Below, one piece after another: positions 57,515-64,000 of a stretch of 64,000 nucleotides of DNA (positions are counted from its first letter, which is position 1; each line of letters opens with the position of its first letter). The translations under genes were made by a program, and so were the position numbers. A model generated the notes under the pieces. It was not told where the DNA came from, did no database searches, and saw only the letters and a list, made by a program, of their open reading frames with translations. The DNA lies in the NCBI GenBank assembly GCA_963702005.1, contig OY969696.1, forward strand, positions 352,001 through 416,000, written 5' to 3'. The DNA is from Candidatus Aminicenantes bacterium (lineage in GTDB: Bacteria > Acidobacteriota > Aminicenantia > Aminicenantales > JAFGBC01).

Positions 57515-58575
57515 CGGACGGCCTCCAGGAATTCGTCGAACAGGTATTCGGTGTCGCGGGGTCCGGGCGCTCCCTCGGGATGGAACTGGACGGCCCGGAA
57601 GGGAAGCCGCTTGTGGCGAATGCCCTCGATCGTCCCGTCGTTGGCGTTCAGGAACCAGGCTTCCCAGTCGGGGCCCAACTCGGGCTTGACGGCATAACCG
57701 TGGTTTTGGCTGGTGATCGGACAGCGGCCGGTCCGCGTCTCGAGGCAGGGCTGGTTCTGGGAGCGGTGGCCGTATTTTAATTTATAGGTGTCAAGGCCGG
57801 CGGCCAGGGCGAGGATCTGGATTCCCAGGCAAATACCGAAGATGGGCTTGCCCCCGGCCATGGCTTTGGCGACTTCCTCGATCGCCCGGCCGCACATCTT
57901 GGGATTGCCGGGTCCATTCGAGATGACGAGGCCGTCGTAGTCGAGGGAGGCGAGGTCGCAGTTCCAGGGAACGCGGAGAACCGTGACGCCCCGGCCGACA
58001 AGGCAGCGGATGATGTTGTTTTTGACCCCGCAGTCGAGGAGGGCGATCCGCTTGCGGCCCGAACCGTAGGATTGAACTTTCTCGGCCGAGACGCGCTCGA
58101 CCAGGTTGATTTTATCCGGGTCCATAAAATCCGTGTCCCGCCCGGGGAGGACGAACTTTCCAAGCATTGTCCCCTTCTCGCGTAGGATCTTGGTCAGGGT
58201 CCGGGTGGGAATGCCTTGGATGCCCGGAACGTTCTCGTCGCGGAGCCAGGCGTCGAGGGTGCGGGCCGAGGACCAGTGGCTGGGCGCCGGACACAAGGAG
58301 GAGACGATGAGCCCGCTCACCTGGATGCGGCCCGACTCGAACGGACCGTCCAGGCCGTCGGGATCGGTCCGAAGCGGGACGCCGTAGTTTCCGATGATGG
58401 GATAAGTAAGGACGAGTATTTGGCCCGCATAGCTGGGATCGGTCAGGCTCTCGGGATACCCGGCCATCCCGGTGTTGAAGACGACTTCGCCGGCCGTCGG
58501 GCGCGACTCGCCGAATACCTCGCCCTCGAAGACGTGTCCGTCCTCGAGGACCAGGCTCGCGCGCCGTCTATCCAT
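57511..58575 (-). CDS. carA: Carbamoyl-phosphate synthase small subunit
   Basis: GEVVFNT.M.GY.E.LTDPSY, SNGPG.P, GICLG, SQNHG, QFHPE. Confidence 0.97.
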   Translation of the reverse strand: MDRRRASLVLEDGHVFEGEVFGESRPTAGEVVFNTGMAGYPESLTDPSYAGQILVLTYPIIGNYGVPLRTDPDGLDGPFESGRIQVSGLIVSSLCPAPSHWSSARTLDAWLRDENVPGIQGIPTRTLTKILREKGTMLGKFVLPGRDTDFMDPDKINLVERVSAEKVQSYGSGRKRIALLDCGVKNNIIRCLVGRGVTVLRVPWNCDLASLDYDGLVISNGPGNPKMCGRAIEEVAKAMAGGKPIFGICLGIQILALAAGLDTYKLKYGHRSQNQPCLETRTGRCPITSQNHGYAVKPELGPDWEAWFLNANDGTIEGIRHKRLPFRAVQFHPEGAPGPRDTEYLFDEFLEAVR

Positions 58576-58717
58576 CCATCTTGGGGTTCAAGGCCGGGAA
58601 GATTATAGTCAATTCCCCCCCGGCAGGCAACAGAAAAATGAAAATTGGGAAAAGGGATGTCTGTCACCAATATTATCGCCAATTTTAGCGTCCCTTTTAA
58701 GGTATAATCGCTGCAGA

Positions 58718-59908
58718 ATGACTCGGCCGACCCATAAATGTCTCGCCGCGATCCTCGTCTGCGCGCTCTCGGTCTTGGCGTCGGCGCTCATGCTGCCTGC
58801 CCAGACCGTCAAGCTCAAAGTATCGGCCGAGCAGGCCAACATCCGGCTCAAGCCCGACATCGGTGCCGCCCTCGTACGACAGGTCCCCCAAGGGACGATC
58901 CTCGAGTCCGACGGCAAGGAGGGCGAATGGTTCCTCGTCCGCTTGGTATCCGATGACGGGAAACCGCTCGCGGGTTATGTTCACGAAAGCTTGGTCGTCC
59001 TCCTCCAGCCCCGGGTTCCGGCGGAGCCGCCGACGAAGGAGACCCCCGAGCCTCTCCAGCAACCCCCGCCGGACCTTCGCCCACAGCCTCGCATCCAGAG
59101 CCCGCAGGCCCAAGCGTCCCGCTCCGAGCCCGCGTCGCCGCTCAGGCCGTTCGCGTTCGAGATCTCCGGGGGCGTCGTCTATCTGGCCGGCGGCGATCCC
59201 AACAAAGCCGTCCGAGGAACGGCCGATTATTACCAAGCCCGGCTCGGCATCCTGTACAACGGACGCGTCGGATCCGCCCACCTAGGACCGTCGGCCGGCT
59301 TTTCTCTCGATTACTGGATTCGTCCCCGGGTCGGGATCGGTGTCGCCGCCGAAATCATCTACGCCGGGGACGAAATCGTGCTCAGCTACCGGGGCGGCGC
59401 GAACGATGCTCGGCTCGACATCGTCCCCGAGCTCAGCTCTATTCCCATTCGGATCCATCTCGTCCTCGCGCCCGCCCCCGCCTTCGTCGTCAAAACCGGG
59501 CTCGAATTCTACTTCGCCCGCTGCCGCTATCTCTACCGGTTCTCGAGCACGGGCACGAGCGCCGAATGGAAGGGCGACGCCCGGGCCCATGGGCTCGGCT
59601 TCTACGCGAGCGTCTCCTGGGAGCGCCCGATTTTCGGTCCCGTCGCGGTTATCGTCGAAGCCTCCGGCCGCTTCGCCCGCGTCTCGGGCTTCGAGGGCAA
59701 GAACGTCTTCAAGGCGCCCGACGGATCGACCGCCGGCGAGGAAGGGATTCTATATTTCTATACGGGCAAGATTGCCGAAGGGGATTCCTTTCCGCTCATG
59801 TTCATCCGGGAGCGCGCGCCGTCCGAAGCGGGCGTATACGACCCGCGCGAGGCCCGGGTCGATTTCTCCGGTCTCGCCCTCCGGACCGGCTTCAGGATCC
59901 GCTTCTAA
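58718..59908 (+). CDS. Secreted SH3b domain + outer-membrane beta-barrel protein
   Basis: Signal peptide; ANIR..P......V..G..L...EW..V...GYVH (SH3b), Pro-rich linker, alternating beta strands, C-terminal Phe. Confidence 0.7.
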   Translation: MTRPTHKCLAAILVCALSVLASALMLPAQTVKLKVSAEQANIRLKPDIGAALVRQVPQGTILESDGKEGEWFLVRLVSDDGKPLAGYVHESLVVLLQPRVPAEPPTKETPEPLQQPPPDLRPQPRIQSPQAQASRSEPASPLRPFAFEISGGVVYLAGGDPNKAVRGTADYYQARLGILYNGRVGSAHLGPSAGFSLDYWIRPRVGIGVAAEIIYAGDEIVLSYRGGANDARLDIVPELSSIPIRIHLVLAPAPAFVVKTGLEFYFARCRYLYRFSSTGTSAEWKGDARAHGLGFYASVSWERPIFGPVAVIVEASGRFARVSGFEGKNVFKAPDGSTAGEEGILYFYTGKIAEGDSFPLMFIRERAPSEAGVYDPREARVDFSGLALRTGFRIRF

Positions 59909-60551
59909 CCCTCTCCAAGAGCAGAATATACTGGGCGTGGATGCCCGCGAGGAGGGCTTTTTTGACCCGGACGGTGAACCCGGCTGCTTCAAGGTCCCGT
60001 TTAAACTCGGCGAAGGGAACCATCTTGATCCTCGTCTTGGTCCGGAACAGCCGCTGGCGCACGAGCCTCTGGACGTAATGGAGGCCGTTCATCTTGTAGA
60101 AGGAGACGACCGCCCAGCGTCCCGCGACGCGCCCGAATTCGGCCAGGATCCGGCCCCGCTCCTCGGTTTTGTGGACGTGGTGGAAGAACCGCATGGAGAG
60201 CAGGACATCGAAAGCTCCGTCTTTAAAGGGAAGGCCCGCCTTAAGGTCGGCCACGGCGCCGGAATGCCGGGCGGGATCAGGCGACGCGTCCAAGCTCCGG
60301 CGGACCATATGGAAAGAGAGGTCGGCGCTGCAAAGTCCGAGGCCCTCCCCCAGACACAGCCCAGAGAAGCGGCCGTAACCGCAGGGGACGTCGAGCACCC
60401 GCTTCGATCCCGGCCCGATCCTCCGAAAGATCCGCCTCAGGATCCGCATCTCCCGTCCGTGGACGATCCTCTGGTCGAGGCCGCGGTAGCGGCGCCGCTC
60501 GTAGTCCTCGACCTCATGTTTCCGGAACGGGACGTTCGCTGAAGACGACAT
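59892..60551 (-). CDS. Class I SAM-dependent methyltransferase
   Basis: VLDVPCG.GRF, DLS..M, LPF.D..FD...RFFHH. Confidence 0.88.
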   Translation of the reverse strand: MSSSANVPFRKHEVEDYERRRYRGLDQRIVHGREMRILRRIFRRIGPGSKRVLDVPCGYGRFSGLCLGEGLGLCSADLSFHMVRRSLDASPDPARHSGAVADLKAGLPFKDGAFDVLLSMRFFHHVHKTEERGRILAEFGRVAGRWAVVSFYKMNGLHYVQRLVRQRLFRTKTRIKMVPFAEFKRDLEAAGFTVRVKKALLAGIHAQYILLLERVRSGS

Positions 60552-61809
60552 AACGGGGACTCCCTTCGAGCCGGAGGCGGCGGGCGCCGAAGCCGGGTTC
60601 CTCTCCGCCGTCCCGATTTAAGACGCGGCGCGCGGGCCGCTCGAATTCGAACTCTTGAGGCCGGCCCGCGCTCCAGGCAACGGCCTTGTACTCGCCGCCC
60701 TTCTTGAAATAGAAGACCCGGACCGGGCCGCGGCCGTCCCGCCCGATGAACTCGCTCCCGTCCAGCTCGCGGACCAGGGTCCGGAATGCCGCGAAAGCGG
60801 GCCGCCTCCTCCACGAGCCCCCTCGCGTATCGACGAGCCCGTAGCCCGGCGCCGCGAGCTGCCACCAGTAGATGCGCTCGACGAAGCCGGCCGCCAGAAG
60901 CAAGACGTAATAGCGAACGAGGTAGCTCGCCTGCTCGTCCTCGGTCACATTGGGCCGTCCCGCCACGGGCGAATACGGGCCCGTCCCCTTGAGCGGCCAG
61001 TTGACCTCGGTCACCCAGACATTCCGGCCGCCCCGGGCCGAGGCGTCGACGACGGCCTTGAGGAGGGCCGCCTTGCCGGCCGCGCTCCACCCGAACTGGC
61101 GGCTCTCGGGCGGTCCCGTCCGGTCTACATAGAGCAGGGAGCTGACCTTGTCGAAGGGGAGGCGGGGCAGGGTCGGCGGATAGAGGTGAAACTCGAAATC
61201 GATGACGGCCGGCCCGACCAATTTGACGCCACGGCGGGGGGCGAGATCGAAGGCGGGCCGGGCCAGGTCGAGGTATTCCCGGAAGCTCCATAAACCCCAT
61301 TTCGTCCGGTTCCAAGCATGCCCGATTTCGAAGTGGGAAGCGAGGGGGCCGAAGCGGTCGAAGACTTCATCCAGGAACCGGACCCAGCCGGCCTGGTCGA
61401 AAACGTCGTCACGGCGCTGGAGAAGGGCCAGGACGAGGCCGAATCCACGATCATGGACGCGGCGCGCGAACCGCTCGTAATCCGCGAGCCTGGCCTTCTC
61501 CCAGGACGGAATGCGAATGAGCGTCTCGCGGACGCCCGTCTCGGCGAGAAAATCGAGGACGCCGGGATCGTCGCCTGGGACTGGAGAGACGGCCAAGCCG
61601 AAGGCATTCGAGAGCGTCGCCGGCCGCTTGTATATCCCCGCCCGGTTGCGGGCGAGGTTGCCGAGTATGGGAGCCGCCCGGCGCAGGTTCGACCACGCCA
61701 GCTCGACGTAGCTTCCGGCGTGCCGAATATGATAGCGAAGGCGCTCGCTCTTGGGCGCCACGTTGTGCGGTTGGTCGGCGAGCTCGTTCCAGGCGAAGGG
61801 AAAGCTCAT
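60514..61809 (-). CDS. Glycoside hydrolase-like TIM-barrel protein (clan GH-A-like)
   Basis: LIRIP.W, EIGHAWNR.KWG, GPAVIDFE, WVTEVNWP, ERIYWWQL..PGYGL. Confidence 0.6.
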   Translation of the reverse strand: MSFPFAWNELADQPHNVAPKSERLRYHIRHAGSYVELAWSNLRRAAPILGNLARNRAGIYKRPATLSNAFGLAVSPVPGDDPGVLDFLAETGVRETLIRIPSWEKARLADYERFARRVHDRGFGLVLALLQRRDDVFDQAGWVRFLDEVFDRFGPLASHFEIGHAWNRTKWGLWSFREYLDLARPAFDLAPRRGVKLVGPAVIDFEFHLYPPTLPRLPFDKVSSLLYVDRTGPPESRQFGWSAAGKAALLKAVVDASARGGRNVWVTEVNWPLKGTGPYSPVAGRPNVTEDEQASYLVRYYVLLLAAGFVERIYWWQLAAPGYGLVDTRGGSWRRRPAFAAFRTLVRELDGSEFIGRDGRGPVRVFYFKKGGEYKAVAWSAGRPQEFEFERPARRVLNRDGGEEPGFGARRLRLEGSPRYVVFSERPVPET

Positions 61810-61813
61810 GTAA

Positions 61814-61963
61814 AACCCTCGACACTCCGGCCTGAAGGCTGGCACTCATGATCCGTTCCCGGCTCGTGAGTACTGCAAGGCCTGGGCTTGTTCAGGGTTA
61901 ACCCTGAGCCTCGCAATTCATCCCCGCTTTGAAAGGCGGCGCTTGGCGTCTGCGAACGGGTCA
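61814..61963 (-). repeat. Structured intergenic repeat, expanded copy C
   Basis: Shares ACCCTCGACAC, TGAGTACTGCAA and GCGTC.GCGAACGGGTCA blocks with copies A/B in the same order, with extra hairpins inserted. Confidence 0.8.
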
Positions 61964-62806
61964 CTGGATCCTCAGCGCCCGGGCCAGCTTCCGGAGGCGG
62001 AGCTTTTTCTTGAGGGCGACGGCGCCCGCGTAGGCGCCCTTGCGGGCCCGGTAGTAGAAAAACCAGAAAGCCTTGCGCCGGACGTCCCCAAGATAAAGAT
62101 CGACGAAAAAGCGCCGGGAAGCCGGCGGCACGCCGAGGCGGACGAGGTTCCCGATACGGCCGCGGAGGCCGATCCGCCGCCGGATTCTGATCCGGTTCGT
62201 GTCGAGGAGGATGAAGCGATGCCGGCCGGCCTCGTCCAACTTGACCAGGATGTTCCCGTCCGAAAGGTCGCGATGGAGGATGCCCTTGTCGTGGCATTCC
62301 CTCAGGAACGCGGCCAGCCTCGCCACGAGCTCCCGGAGCGGATCGCCCTCGCGCTCCAGGAAGAGATGCCGGATCTCGCGCCCCCCCGCGACCCATCCTG
62401 AGAGGTAGAAGCCGCTGCGGAGGAAGCCGTTTGTCCGCTCCTCGAGGAAAGCCACCGGGAACGGCGTCGGGATGCCGCGCTCGATGAGGCCGACGGCGCC
62501 GCGCCAGGCCCGGAACGCTTTGGACGGACCGAACAGGGTCTTCAGTTTATTGGCGCCGCGGAACCGGAATTCCTTGACGACAACCTCATGAAACCCGACG
62601 ATCATCCAGGGCCAGATCAGCAGGCCGAGGCGGTTGCGGCCCTCGTGGATGATTCTCGCCCCCGGGCCGTCGAGCGGCGACCGGCCCGTTTCGAAGACCC
62701 GCGCCAGCTCAGCCGCTTGGTCCCGGAAGCGGGCGTGAAGCAGGCCGCGCAAGCGGGCCGTCTCGATTCCCAGCGGAGAGAGCTGCCGGTCCGCGAGCGC
62801 ATTCAT
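61961..62806 (-). CDS. Lipopolysaccharide kinase (Kdo/WaaP) family protein
   Basis: VVKEF, SKA.R.W, GIPTP.P.A, H.DLS.GNILV, LLDTNR. Confidence 0.85.
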   Translation of the reverse strand: MNALADRQLSPLGIETARLRGLLHARFRDQAAELARVFETGRSPLDGPGARIIHEGRNRLGLLIWPWMIVGFHEVVVKEFRFRGANKLKTLFGPSKAFRAWRGAVGLIERGIPTPFPVAFLEERTNGFLRSGFYLSGWVAGGREIRHLFLEREGDPLRELVARLAAFLRECHDKGILHRDLSDGNILVKLDEAGRHRFILLDTNRIRIRRRIGLRGRIGNLVRLGVPPASRRFFVDLYLGDVRRKAFWFFYYRARKGAYAGAVALKKKLRLRKLARALRIQ

Positions 62807-63903
62807 GGTTTGGCCTTGTGACGCGCGACGATTTCGATAAGAAGGCCGGCGACGGCCTCGGGCGAAAAACGATCTTTGACCAGGGCATACCCTCCCTCCG
62901 CGATTTTCGATCGCAGCTCGTCGTTTTTCCGCAGCTCGAGGATGGCCGCGGCCAGCGACTCGGGCTCGGGCTTGGCGCAGAGAAAGAGATGCTTGCGGTG
63001 GGCGAAAAACTCCAGGACCGCCGGCGTCCGGAGCGTGATCAGCGGCTTTCTCATGGCCAGGGACTGAAAGACCTTATGGGGGACGACGCGGGCGGCCTTG
63101 GCCGTCCTCCCGAAGATTCCCAAGCATAGGTCGGCCGCCGCGATTTGCGCCGGAAGCGCGCCGGCCGGGAGCCAGTCCGTGAACTCGACATTCCCGAGCC
63201 CGAGCCGCCCGGCCTCGGCCCGGACCGCCGGAAGCGTCTGTCCCGACCCGATCATCCGGAAACGGATCGCGGGGTCTTTGTCCGCGACGATTTTAGCTGC
63301 TCGAACGACGACGTCGGCGCCGTGGAGGGGGAGGAAGGAGCCGAAAAAAAGGACCGTGAACGGCCGCGACGAACCGCGCTTCGGGTTGGGCCCCGGACTG
63401 AACAGGTCGTCGTCGCAGCCGAGCGGCAGGACCTCGACCTTCCCGGCCGGGACGCCAAAGGTCCGGCAATAGTAATTCTTGTGCTCGCTCGTATCGGCCA
63501 GGACGAGGTCGGACAAGCGGAAAGCCCAGCGGTCGATCTTGAAGTTCCACCAGGCCGAAAGGGAGCCGGGGGCGCGGCGCCGCCAGTCGAGGATCTTGGT
63601 CTCGTAGCGCGAGGCAAGGGGGTCGAAGACGACGCGGCGGCGGGCCAGGAAGGCCAGGGCCGCGGCGAGCGGGACGTCTTTCTGACAGAACTCGGGGACG
63701 AAAAAAACCGAGTCCGCGTCCTTGCGAAGACCACGCCAAGCACGGGCAGCCCGAGCGGCCAGGGCGGGATAGCGGGCCCAGAACTTGAGGCGAGCCGGGC
63801 TCGGACAGGCGTCGACTTCGGCCCCGGCCCGGACGAGGCCCTTCCTGTTGACGGCGTTCCTCGGATAGGCCGGGTCGAACCCGCCTAAAAAACAGAATCT
63901 CAT
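62803..63903 (-). CDS. Glycosyltransferase family 4 protein
   Basis: Y.RN, FFGSF.PLHG, ADLCLGIFG...KA.RVVP.K, GT-B C-terminus. Confidence 0.88.
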   Translation of the reverse strand: MRFCFLGGFDPAYPRNAVNRKGLVRAGAEVDACPSPARLKFWARYPALAARAARAWRGLRKDADSVFFVPEFCQKDVPLAAALAFLARRRVVFDPLASRYETKILDWRRRAPGSLSAWWNFKIDRWAFRLSDLVLADTSEHKNYYCRTFGVPAGKVEVLPLGCDDDLFSPGPNPKRGSSRPFTVLFFGSFLPLHGADVVVRAAKIVADKDPAIRFRMIGSGQTLPAVRAEAGRLGLGNVEFTDWLPAGALPAQIAAADLCLGIFGRTAKAARVVPHKVFQSLAMRKPLITLRTPAVLEFFAHRKHLFLCAKPEPESLAAAILELRKNDELRSKIAEGGYALVKDRFSPEAVAGLLIEIVARHKAKP

Positions 63904-64000
63904 CTCGCTCCGCTCAAAACCGGAATAATAGATACCACCCCGTCCTTCTGAAGTCAATTGCCTGACCGTCGAACAATTTTCGGATTTCCATATTTCAGAG

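Noticed and set aside
17043-61963. Repeat copies A/B/C as a CRISPR array
   Set aside because: Copies are 15-30 kb apart, with no repeat-spacer periodicity and no cas genes.

Overview
GC-rich bacterial chromosomal segment, mostly core genome. Gene content (Hanks kinase with PD40 repeats, DUF4388-DnaJ-TPR, DUF1573, S9 peptidase) suggests an anaerobic diderm such as Aminicenantia/Acidobacteriota; this is inference only. It carries hicAB, hom and a Cys/Met PLP enzyme, murA/murB, ligA, a split NAD synthetase, the rplU-rpmA-obgE-nadD-rsfS-rlmH-dksA-comF run, three tRNAs, a tandemly duplicated HisKA_2 kinase/response-regulator c-di-GMP module, a HoxFUYH(W)-HypBA NAD-coupled [NiFe] hydrogenase, an Rrf2-porin-PstSCAB-like operon, dprA-topA-xerC, carAB and the edge of a surface-glycan cluster. 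No CRISPR array, prophage or transposase is visible. Most notable: (1) a Pst-like ABC operon under an Fe-S-type Rrf2 regulator whose binding protein has lost the canonical phosphate ligands, a candidate non-phosphate (sulfur?) oxyanion importer; (2) a modular structured intergenic repeat in three copies, with an inverted hairpin loop between two of them; (3) an unexplained ~185-220 nt structured element between nupC and dprA; (4) a perfect 28-bp inverted repeat and a degenerate relative bracketing carAB; (5) a +1 frameshift in the dksA/traR gene.
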